A DNA stretch of 63,922 nt, filler included, from Platydemus manokwari (Eukaryota), in the NCBI GenBank assembly GCA_037951405.1. It is 6 parts of 6 records of this genome, joined end to end, with 100 filler letters (N's around TTAATTAATTAA, not from the genome) between each part and the next. Parts side by side here need not be neighbours in the genome. Positions count along the whole stretch, not along the records: positions 25,237 to 36,106 come from JBBMOY011099441.1; positions 36,207 to 45,580 come from JBBMOY011257985.1; 4 more parts are not named here. One strand, written 5' to 3'. Each line of letters begins with the position of its first letter. The stretch's first letter is position 1. A program made the position numbers and the translations under genes. Positions 28,201-38,972 of the stretch are shown here, in pieces. The notes under the pieces were generated by a model. The model made no database searches and was not told the origin of the DNA. It saw only the letters and a list, made by a program, of their open reading frames with translations.

Positions 28201-30430
28201 TAATGGTTTAATATTAATATTCTGAACAAACAATGTTGAAATCTATTGTTTTTCATAACCTTGACAAGAATTATAGATATCCATAATTCTGGTCACCTTA
28301 TCCCCGACTCTATATTGAATTTTTCGGAATTATCTAGTTCAGTGGTGGCCAACCGGTCGATCTTGTAGCCAATTATAGTCTATCATGTGAGATGTTATTC
28401 AAATGAAAAGTCGATCTTACGTACACAAAAATTGGCCACCTCTGATCTAGTTGATATACTCTACTTAATTCTTTAACTTGTTAGTAATCTCATGAAGATT
28501 AGAATAAACATCACTTTCATTTTGTTGCATTTGGATTTCCGAGCCATATAATATAATTATTATTTCACTTTCTTCGAATTCCGATTTGAACTCAAAACCT
28601 TATTTCAAAATATTGACCCATTTATAAAATTTTACATTTCAAATCATCTTGTTAATATTAACATTTCAATTTCAAGTTATTATTTAGAGATTTTATGAAT
28701 AAAGTATTACTAGAAAAATTAAAATATTATCAACGAATAATTTATTAAAATAATAAATTTATAAAAATCATTTATTTAAAAATTCTATGCGAATTTCAGT
28801 GACTAAAATGGTGTGACGATTCCAGATTTGAGAATGGGAAGCGATATATTATTTTTTAAAAAAAATTTTATTTTATTTTTATCAAATAACTCCAAGAAAA
28901 ATCGTAAATTATTTTTATAGTAATATATTTTTGGAATTTAAAGGTCTCATAATATTATACTTGATGTATTTCTGATAGCTATTTTCAAAATCCTATTTGA
29001 ATATATTTTTCCTGACTGATGCAATCCGAGCAGAGATGGGTGTCAGGTGTTTTAACGACTGACATATTGAATTGATCGTCGTGCAATTATCTCGATTAAG
29101 AGATTTGTTATCAAGTTCATAGTTTTATCTTAAATATTTTTAAAGAAATTTAAACCAGCTGACTTGTTTGACTTCTGATTTTTGTTGTGTCAACGATGGA
29201 CAAGATTTAGTTTTCTATTGAGTTTATTATTTTCAAAATATCCTCCAATGCCCATGAATTACCGAAGGATTTCAACAAATTAATTATTAAGTCATAAATT
29301 GGTAAAAATAAAATATTATATATACACACTTTTGAATATTAGTTAGTCTGAGATTATAAACAATAAGTAATAAATATCAAAATAATAATAATAATAATAG
29401 ATTTACATGCTGTATACTCGATAATATTATTCATTGATAACATTCTCCTCGACTTATAATTATAGTTTCAATATATGAAAACAATTTTTAAAAATTTTTC
29501 ATATTAAAAAGCAAAAATAGTATTAATATTAGAACTGACATTTTTTCCAATAAATACATTACTAACCAGGTTTTGGTGAGACAGGTGCTTTTGCCGGGCA
29601 ACCATACACAATACCGAATTTCGTATTCATATGAAAATCCACTATATTTTACAGAAATTGATATTCGAGTATTTATTAGAGAAGAACAATCAATCAATTA
29701 TTAATAATTCATATCAAATCACCGAAATATGATGGGATATTTATTTTACCGATGAAGTCTGTTTTGATGACGAATACCAATCGTGTTGGTGTGTCCAATC
29801 AGTCAACCAATCAAATCCACGATTTTAGTTTCATGGTGAAATGGGTGCATGTATCGAGATGTGACACGAATTAAACAAGGTGTACAACTCTTTCACCACC
29901 GAAATTTAACGAATAAATCATTGCATTTATTAAAATGTTTCATTGTAGAAAATCAATCAATAATTTATTGAACCTTTTGACTTTTGATAAGCAAACAATA
30001 ATTTCAAATTTCTATGGTAAATTTATTTACAATTTTGTAGATTGATATCGATTTAATTTCTAATATTTGTTTTGTAAAAAAATATGATTTTAAAAAATGA
30101 AATACCTAAAATCTTACTCAAATGATTAATTTAGCTTACCAGAGACATTTAATCATACTTGTGAGGATTTTAAAATTTAAGTTTGAAAGATTATGCAAAT
30201 TATTATCAAAAGATATTAATTTGTTTAAATAATTGTCGTTAAGCATAATTTTAGACTGTGACTTTATCCTTTGGTTTCTAATACGGGCTTTATAAAGCAG
30301 AAGCCGCTAATATCTGGACTACGTATTTGAATTCGATTCTAAGAAGATCTGTGACACGAAAGAATAGGACAGTAGGAGGAAGGTATAGCGAAGATATGAA
30401 GATGATGGATGAAGCAGATATTGTCATTTA
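25300..30430 (+). pseudogene. Possible decayed multi-exon host gene (Cys/Trp-containing, perhaps extracellular protein)
   Basis: Exon-like patches follow branch/acceptor sequences (ACTAACCAG near 29541-29549 then VLVRQVLLPGNHTQYRISYSYENPLYFTEIDIRVF; YFTDEVCFDDEYQSCWCVQS; SNESCYHRIYLYTISCKNEP) but are broken by stops and frameshifts. No family recognised; boundaries are rough. Confidence 0.25.
28340..28444. mobile_element. hAT (Buster/Charlie-type) MITE, 105 bp
   Basis: TIR CAGTGGTGGCCAA / TTGGCCACCTCTG (12 of 13 match) and perfect 8-bp TSD ATCTAGTT at 28332-28339 and 28445-28452. Confidence 0.93.
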
Positions 30431-31545
30431 GGTAAATATGTAGAGAATTCGATCCAAAGAAAATTATGAATACATAAAATCAAAAATATCAAAGAAATGG
30501 GATGTGAGGAAAAAAAATTTAAATTAAAACTTTTATGTAAATTATCAAGAGTTATTAATTTGCTTACGTAATTGTAATTGGATATAATGTTGTGTCGAGA
30601 CTTTTCAGTTTTTTTCCAAGCGTGCTTTTTAAAATAGTAGCGGATTACAATTTTTTAGCCGGATTTTTTGAAAAAACCAAATAATTGTTTGATCATAAAT
30701 TTATTGATCACTTTTACTCAGTAATTTCTTAAAATTTTATTAGTTATCGAGCTACGATTGGAAAATTATTTATGTTCTATCTTATTTCTCTCTTTCCTCT
30801 TTTCTTTTAATAAGATATGATTTTCCAAGTGTCAGTTTAAATAATAATATTAATAATGATAAATATTATTATTATTATTATAACAAATCATAAACTTATA
30901 AATCTATTTTACTTATGACGTTGATTTGAAATGAAGTCAAAGATTAGCACATCCGCTGTGAGGCAATGCGTAATACATTATTAATTAATAACAATGAAAT
31001 ATAATTAAATATACATCTATTATATTATATAGAAAGAGCTAAATTGAATTAAATCTCGTAATACTGAAATCGAAATGTGTTTATTGAGGAAATTGGGAAT
31101 AAATTAATGATACAGAAGTGCAGAAGAAATTATGAATGAATGACAACTATTAATGAAATCCCATATAATGTGCAGGTGGCATTGGCACAAGCACTAAATT
31201 AACGAAGACAATCGAAAGGCAAATGTTTTTACAAGCTAATATATTTAACTAGTTTGATTATATTATAGTTTCTCATTTTTCATATTTTTTATTAACAAAT
31301 GGAAATATATCTTAACTTTAAATTGATTCTTGCACTAAATAGCGAACCTATTTTAACAGATATTTATACATCTGAATATTAGATAGTTAGATAAATTTAT
31401 CTATTTGAATGACAATCAACGTAAGCAGAATTCAAGCCCATTTTAAATACAATTTTAACAAGATATTAAAAATTAAAAATATCGAATTTAATTATCTACT
31501 TAATATTTGATAGTATAATAAAAATGAATGAAGATTACCAACTAT

Positions 31546-33201
31546 CTATTTTTTAAATATTTTAAACAATTTTTTTACATTTGCATGATTTTCATGTAAA
31601 TCTGTATTGGAATTTGTAATTTTAATCGGTTTCGGACGTAGTAAAGCCGATAATTTTGACGAAAATGATTTCGCATTCACCTGAGATGATATTCTCGTCA
31701 AAACAGTTGATTTGATGTCATCATCATTCGGTGATGGAATGAAACCATTTTCAAAATCTAAAGATTCTAATTTGATGGAAAATTTCGATCCCCGATATTT
31801 GTTTGTATCGGTCTCAGCCTGTTGACAATGTGATAACCAATTCGATAAAAGTGCTGCCCCAGCGAATAAATGGTTTTTGGCGAATATGATTACAAGTTCC
31901 GATATTGCGATGTACATATAACGAGGTAAAGTTGTTGGAGTCGGAACTTGTATATCAGTCAAATTATTGTTGTTTCTTCGTTCTTCAACATCCACCGCTA
32001 TATCGAAGATGTTTCTATTATGTGAAACAATTCCGTCGGAAATGCACATAGCATTATGGAAGTATACTATCAACTTCTCGCAAATGATCATCGTATCTTG
32101 AGGAAAATTGGAATCATTGCAAACTCTACCCAATTTCGCTAAGCTTTCCACCCAACGGTTTTCTTCATCAGGTAACATCAATGAATAATTAACCACTCCA
32201 AGCTCCATCAATTCGATTCCATCTTTGTTGAGATGGCTTTGAGAAAAAATCAAACCCAATTTCACATATTGATCGGCGAGATATGATTTTTTGTCGCTAT
32301 CACTTTGAGAAATGGAATCGAGCAATTTTAATGACTCCAAAACATAGAATAATGACTTTTTGGTTTCATTATTCTTTAAAAGAACCAATGAAATACAAGC
32401 CATAACTTTGGACAGAAATTGAGGTCTTTCAATGGTTAAGGATTTACTTTGATGTAGTGCTTCCATTCCGAATCTCAAAGATTCTTCATAGTAATTTAGA
32501 TCATAACAATATTTACTTACCAATAAGTAACATAATGATTTTTGGTAACGAATTTCTTCATTTTCCGATAAACCTTTGGGAACATTGATAAGCCGGTCTT
32601 CAGTGTAACGAATCATTTCGGACAATGAGCAGCAGTTGATGAATTCCACAATACGTTTATAATGTTTCAAAAATGGTGTGAAATTTAATTTCATTTTATC
32701 AAATATGCATTGATCCCATATCTCATATTCAACATCGACCAGTTCCTTTTCAATTTCATATTTCGACAATCCAATCATTTGTTCGTAATGTCGCTTTCTT
32801 TCTTTGATTATTATCAACTTTCCTTCCTTAATTGCCAGCTCTTTTTCGGCCTGATTGAGACTGTGTTTTAAGACTTTGTTAGCATTGACCAGTTCCTTGT
32901 TTTTCGTTTTGATTCTCTTAATACTATCTTGAATGCATTCCAGAATCTGAATATATTCATTCATCACTATCAATTCATCCATCACAGATTTGCCTTTATC
33001 GTAAATGCTATGTAATTGTTTAGCAGTCGCAAATGATTTTACATTAGTTAAATTGCAGTCTTTAATTTTTTTACTTAAAGTCGATAAATATCCACTTAAG
33101 CGATCTTTACTGCATGCTGATCTTTCTTTAATCATAGCATAAACATCTTTTTCTAAAATGCCATTTATGGAATCTTCGGATTCAAGTATATTATTATTCA
33201 T
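31546..33201 (-). CDS. Intronless 551-aa protein with N-terminal coiled coil and divergent TPR-like repeats (kinesin light chain-like architecture)
   Basis: 1656-nt ATG..TAG ORF in very AT-rich DNA. Heptad-rich region at about aa 70-150, followed by about four helical-hairpin repeats of roughly 42-46 aa (LVSKYCYDLNYYEESLRFGMEAL; ISLVLLKNNETKKSLFYVLESL; LGLIFSQSHLNKDGIELMELGV; LGRVCNDSNFPQDTMIICEKLI). Coding status is secure; the family is tentative. Confidence 0.8.
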   Translation of the reverse strand: MNNNILESEDSINGILEKDVYAMIKERSACSKDRLSGYLSTLSKKIKDCNLTNVKSFATAKQLHSIYDKGKSVMDELIVMNEYIQILECIQDSIKRIKTKNKELVNANKVLKHSLNQAEKELAIKEGKLIIIKERKRHYEQMIGLSKYEIEKELVDVEYEIWDQCIFDKMKLNFTPFLKHYKRIVEFINCCSLSEMIRYTEDRLINVPKGLSENEEIRYQKSLCYLLVSKYCYDLNYYEESLRFGMEALHQSKSLTIERPQFLSKVMACISLVLLKNNETKKSLFYVLESLKLLDSISQSDSDKKSYLADQYVKLGLIFSQSHLNKDGIELMELGVVNYSLMLPDEENRWVESLAKLGRVCNDSNFPQDTMIICEKLIVYFHNAMCISDGIVSHNRNIFDIAVDVEERRNNNNLTDIQVPTPTTLPRYMYIAISELVIIFAKNHLFAGAALLSNWLSHCQQAETDTNKYRGSKFSIKLESLDFENGFIPSPNDDDIKSTVLTRISSQVNAKSFSSKLSALLRPKPIKITNSNTDLHENHANVKKLFKIFKK

Positions 33202-34283
33202 TTAAATATTGATTAATATTTTCATTTCATCAATATGAAATTTATTTTTATAATCACTCCCCCCATTGGCAAATAATGATGAGAATTTTAAGAATAAATC
33301 AACTCATGACATACTTTGTGATTTTACCTTCTATTCTGTTATTTACTTACAACTCTCCATTAACAATCTTATCTACTGATATTTCAATGATATAAAATAT
33401 GTAAAAAATAACGAATTATTAAAAATTAAAATTGTTGTGAAAATTAATATGTAGCTGAGTGTTGAATAAATACTCTGTTCTTGAGTCGGTCCTCATTTTC
33501 TTTTTCTAACTAAATATGTACTTGGGTTGATTTGAATAAAAATATTCGACTAATTGATGAGTTTTGATTCCAGTTATAAGGTTAATAATAATATAGATTT
33601 TAATGATTTCGAATTCACCTGTTGGGTTAAGTAAAAATAGCATGTGAGCAGTCAGACAACGGAAACCCAACCATAATTATTTTATTATTGTGATTATTAA
33701 GCTTTAAGTGTTACTTTTTCTCTATCTGTTGCCTTTCATTCTTATTTACTTTAGCTGTGGGCGTATAATGAAATCATTATTATGCTATTTGATCGTGACT
33801 GTCTTCTCATTTATTCTTGCATTCATATCTACACCAATTAAAACTAGATAATATTAAAATATACAAGAAAAGAGATTTTTTTAATAAAAAAATTAATTCA
33901 TTCCATTAGATGTCGATCTGTTAAAAATGAATATATAAATAATTCATAACACCATGAATCCCAATGATATTTATTCAAATATTAAAAGAATTTAATTTAA
34001 TAAATGATACAGGATGCATAATCATAGAAGTAGATGGCTCATCAGTTTACAAGCTAAGTATTCGATAAGACTTTAAGTTTAATTTCTTGTTTCATTTTAA
34101 TAAAAGATTTAACTTACATCAATATGGTAATTTAGTTACTGATTAATACTAACAACAATCATTTTTCACATAATTCAGTGATAAATCAAGACTATCATGC
34201 CATGTAAAATAAAATTTGACCATTTCTTGGTTAAGAAGAATCTCTTGAGAAGGAATATTACTAAACCCATAAGCAATTTAAAT

Positions 34284-34705
34284 TGTTGGGTCCTAATAGA
34301 ATCGAATGTTACAATCTGTATTTCACTAACACGTACTAATCAGTACGATACAAACGCCTCTAAAAATCGACAGAAAATTTCACAAGCACAATGTAAAACT
34401 TGGCTTTCAACTGGTAGTTGGACGTCTTAACATCAGTATTTATATTTAAGATTTGTGAGTAATTTTTGTATCTTGTTTGTATCACGTTTTGATTGGATCT
34501 TTATGCATCACGTTCTTATTAGATTAGATCAATCTCTATGTGTGTGTTAATTTGTAGCTATATTTCTTTCCTTATCATAATTTTCCATTTATATAAGCTG
34601 TGATTGATTATTTGCTGTGTGTGTGTGCTTAAATTGCTAATATAAGGGTTCCAAGATATAAAGTTGTTTTTCTTTTGTAAGATTTCGTCTCTTCTCAACC
34701 AAACA
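34284..34705. mobile_element. Probable solo LTR, about 420 bp
   Basis: TGTTGGG...CCAAACA termini and imperfect TSD (AAAT/TAAT). The 3' block aagggttccaag...gtttttctttt resembles that of the 3810-4072 LTR. Confidence 0.5.
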
Positions 34706-36106
34706 TAATTATGGATCAAATCTTTTTAAAAGATTTTAAATATGTGAACATTAAATGTGTGAACATTTTCATACAATAACTCGAATATTTGTGAATACGA
34801 CGAAGGAAAATTAATATTCTTGATCGCTTTTAGTAGCATCAATATTATGATTATTACGTTTAACTCGCCTATTTATTTAAATTAGAATGTATAGTTTAAT
34901 TTAAACAAATAAATTAATCCTATTATTTGTCCGTAATTTTGTATTGCACTTTTTTCATAACCCTTGCAAAATCCCTTCTATTAACCGTCTGTGAGATAAT
35001 TAATTCAACTCATTGTTTTGCATAAAATCCCCATTATAATCTGTGAAATATCTTATAGATATTAAGCAGTCGCCTTTTCGTTAAAATCCCTTTAAAGTAA
35101 TAACGCACATTAGGCTAAAATGTAAATACATATCTTTAAATTAATAAATGACACATTATTATCGAAGAAGATTCTTAATTTTCATTTTACTACTTTCAAA
35201 TTTTAAGCTCCATTATTTTATATTGGAAAAAGTAATTTAAAAATTCTATTACGTAACTTGTTTGAAATCTCTTCACGATAATTTTTTTTAAAACACGAAA
35301 GGAGGAAATTTTCATTTTTAGATAATTGGTTTAATTTTTAATCACAAATATTATACTCTGCTTTTCCCGACTGTGATCATGATCAATGAAAATTTATTAG
35401 GTAGGGAAGAAAAATTTTCGAAAGAAAAATTATATATCTAAATTGATTGATGGTGTAGTTTTTAATGTTTTACGAATATAATCATTCGAAATAATAAGCA
35501 TTTTAATCAATAAATCCTCTGTGACAGTTATTATATGATTTCATGATCACACACTGGAAAGAGGCACAAGGTTTTAAAGTTGAAATGACTATATTTTCCG
35601 GACTATAAGGCTCTCCTTAAAACAGATTTTTAGTATTAATTAAGGCTGGAATATTTAAAAAAAGATGTTGATGATGTTAATATAAGTGAATGTGACATTT
35701 TATGCTATGAAGAGCTTTAAATATCATTTAAACTGAAATTTGTGTTAATATAGAGTCAAAAATGCAACCACAAAATTAAAAAATTGGATTAAAAATTTTC
35801 ATTTCGTTCTTCATGTCTGAGAAAAATAACATTTTATATATGAACTAATATGGGAATTTTCAATGCATTCAATTTGATATATATAGAAAAAGTGTCTAGG
35901 CAAAATCTTTATCTTTTTATGAATTAAAATTTGGTATCGTAAAGTTAAAAAAATATCCTGAATTGATTTTATAGTAAATGGTTAAGGTATTATAATTCTT
36001 CTAAAGGTGTTTTTTAGTTAATAAAACTAAATAATTTTAAATAAATAAATAAAATTTCTTGATAAAAAATAATCTACATAAGATTCGGTAAAGATGGAAA
36101 GGAAAA

Positions 36107-36206
36107 NNNNNNNNNNNNNNNNNNNNNNNNNNNNNNNNNNNNNNNNNNNNTTAATTAATTAANNNNNNNNNNNNNNNNNNNNNNNNNNNNNNNNNNNNNN
36201 NNNNNN
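36107..36206. other. Assembly gap linker
   Basis: N44-TTAATTAATTAA-N44. Confidence 0.98.
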
Positions 36207-36335
36207 GCCTGAGAGATGGACAAAATGTATAGAATCATATGGCCAATACTTTGAATAAATAAATTTTGTTTTGTTTGTGTTTTTTTTTTTTTTTGTTTAG
36301 CGAAAAAACCGGAAAGGAATTACCGACACACCTGG
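36207..36335 (+). mobile_element. Mariner (Mos1/mauritiana-like) transposon, 3' end
   Basis: Encodes PERWTKCIESYGQYFE* (36208-36258), the typical mariner transposase C-terminus. The right TIR ends ...GGAATTACCGACACACCTGG (reverse complement CCAGGTGT, as in Mos1) and is followed by TA. The rest is lost in the gap. Confidence 0.92.
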
Positions 36336-38307
36336 TAAACACCGAATCATAACACTGTCATTCCATTGGAATTGACTATGTTGAGATGTACGATTCCAAT
36401 ATTGATATATTTCTGATGTACGCGATTTTTGTATCAATATATACATTTATACAAATAGTACTTTCTACAGTCCAGCTCGCTTTATTCCGATCGGGATAAC
36501 TTGGATTTGGACGTATGTCTTCGAGCTTTCAAAAGTTGGAATTTTACTTTTATAATTCATATAATTTTCAAAATTTAAGTCTTATAAATAAGTCATATTT
36601 TTTATTATCTCGTAACTATTGTTACTTGTATATGCACGATTTTTTGAATCAATTGTACTGATTTGTACTTATTTTTTTCTACATAATACGTACATTCACT
36701 GTCAGTACGTCTCTTAACAGAAATTTATTAATAATTTTATTCAATTGAAATTACCGATTTGATAATAAAAGTGTTTTAATAGATACACTTTTAAAAGTTA
36801 GAAGTTAATCATTAATTTAAAACAATCATGTCTTTTGCCCACTGAAAAAACCCAAGAATCATTCGTAGATAAAGTGTAAATTTAAAAAGAAAATCGAAGA
36901 GTTTAATACTAAACACCTGAAGAAACAGAGAACCAGAGATCAATTATGGGCTTTCTTGAAAAAAAATCAATAAATAACTTTGCGGTTTTGTTTTTTATAT
37001 TCCTTCATATTTTTTTTAATTATGTATCAATCCTCTTTGTCAGGAAATTGGTAACTATCTGGCTATCCAGAATTGGTTCAGTACCATATAAATTACTGTC
37101 ATGTCGATGAAATGAACAGTCATTTATTTTTATTCTTTATTTAATCAGAGATAAACAAATAATACGACAAAAACAACTATTTGGCATTCCAATCCAATCC
37201 GACTTACGCAGACATGACTGTATAATACATTGGATAAGCATTCTCTATGCAATTTGGTCTGTTCAAAACACGGTATATGTATTGTATATCATGTTGTATA
37301 ATGTTTATTATTGTTGAAAAATATCGAAATTAATTTCTCATAATATGATCACCAATGAAATAAAATGTAATAAATTATATATTTGTATATCAAGGTAAAT
37401 GTATTTTTTTTAATTTTTTTTATTTTCTCTAAAATTACAAACAAACTAAGCAGCATGTAGCTAGTATGTTAAATTCACATTGTTATGCTTTATTATATTA
37501 ATAAATTGGAAAAAAGACATCTAAAAAGGTGTAAAATTGTCAAACACAACTTCATGCATGTCAATCTGGTGATCATAATCAACATTAAATTAAAATAGCG
37601 GCTCAATCAAATCGCAGCGTTATTTTTTACCATTTATTTTAATTACTAAAAGAAAATATTAGAGAAAAAAGAGAAAGACATTTCAATGGTTTCTCTTCGG
37701 TTCCATGAGCAAAGACAAATAATGAAGACAATGAAATAGCTAAGGAAGGAGAGAATTCGCAATTGGCGATTTCCATAAGATTTCCCAACTTTCTTTTTTC
37801 ACACAAAGGCAATTTGATACTTAAATCATTATCATTTTAATTAATTATTTCCACTACAACAAGCCATTCGTGCACGAATTGCTTATTGAAGCACTTATTG
37901 TTAACGATTAATAAAAGATTTCGATTTCATTGGTTGAGCTATATGCGATCCAAATTTATGAAGAACACCAACATAAGCCACAGTTTTTTGATACAATAGT
38001 TGTGAATTAGACAAAAATGTAATTTTTAAAAGATTATAATTACTATTGATCCTTAATTGGTGCCTCAACGAAACTGTTCAAGCTTAATAACATATTTGAT
38101 GGATTATACGGATGTACTATATGATCAATTCACACTAATAAACTGATATAAAATTACAAAGACATTGCAATATTCGGTGTAAAATTAATAAATAATAAAT
38201 ACTGTATTGATAGATTTATATTCAATTAAAAAAACTAAATACTAATATTACATTTTTTTAAAAATAATTTCAATACTTACACTAAAGATTAAAGTTAATA
38301 AACTTAC

Positions 38308-38597
38308 TTGATTGCCAAGAGTTTTGTACATTAAATATTTTGTAGAACGATTTTCATTAATAACCGGAACCAATACATGGTTTAAAAAATCAAAATCATC
38401 GTATTTGTCTTTTGTAAAAGATCCAGAATATGGCACAGCAATCTTTGGGAAAATTATTTAAACGATTTTTAGAAAATTAATGTATAATATACAATCCAAT
38501 TTTTGCTGATGGCATTATCAAAAAGCATTGGCTGCTGATTTTTAAAGGACACGAAAAATGGATTTGATTCCAAATCCTCATCGTACTGTACGCTCAT
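38308..38597 (-). CDS. ANKRD27: ANKRD27/VARP-like (VPS9-ankyrin repeat protein), first two coding exons only
   Basis: Exon 1 38597-38493 MSVQYDEDLESNPFFVSFKNQQPMLFDNAISKNWI; 50-nt GT-AG intron; exon 2 38442-38308 IAVPYSGSFTKDKYDDFDFLNHVLVP...YKTLGNQ, then donor GTAAGT. This matches the recalled VARP N-terminus YDEDLLKNPFY...IVLVP.KGS...YILIP...FQTLNGK. Downstream exons were not found. Confidence 0.8.
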
Positions 38598-38972
38598 TAT
38601 AAATTATTATATCGCATACAACAAAGACGGTTAATAAATCTTTACTGGGAAAAATAAATTCTGAAATTAAAACAATGTTTTTTAACAAAATTTTGAATTA
38701 TCACGTCAAGAATTAATGATTTTAGAATATTTAAAGATCCAAAATTTAAAAATGATTCTATTAAGTATTATTATTCGAAAATTAATTAGAACATATTTTT
38801 CATATATTGATGCCGATTTCTTTTTGTCCAGTATTTAAAACATTTTGAATTCTTATTTTCCTAGCACAACTCATATTAAGTAACCATTATTTTAAAAATG
38901 ATTATATAATTGATTATTAATTATTATTTATTATAAACAAATTTATAGACATTTAAATTGCACCTGCTAGAT

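Noticed and set aside
12720-30430. Alternative genetic code as an explanation for the stop-ridden coding-like patches
   Set aside because: Intact genes end in TAA, TAG and TGA and have no in-frame stops, and the patches also contain frameshifts.
27619-30945. Exact 17-mer AAATGAAGTCAAAGATT at 27619 and 30929
   Set aside because: Flanks do not align, and such matches are expected by chance in 64 kb of AT-rich DNA.
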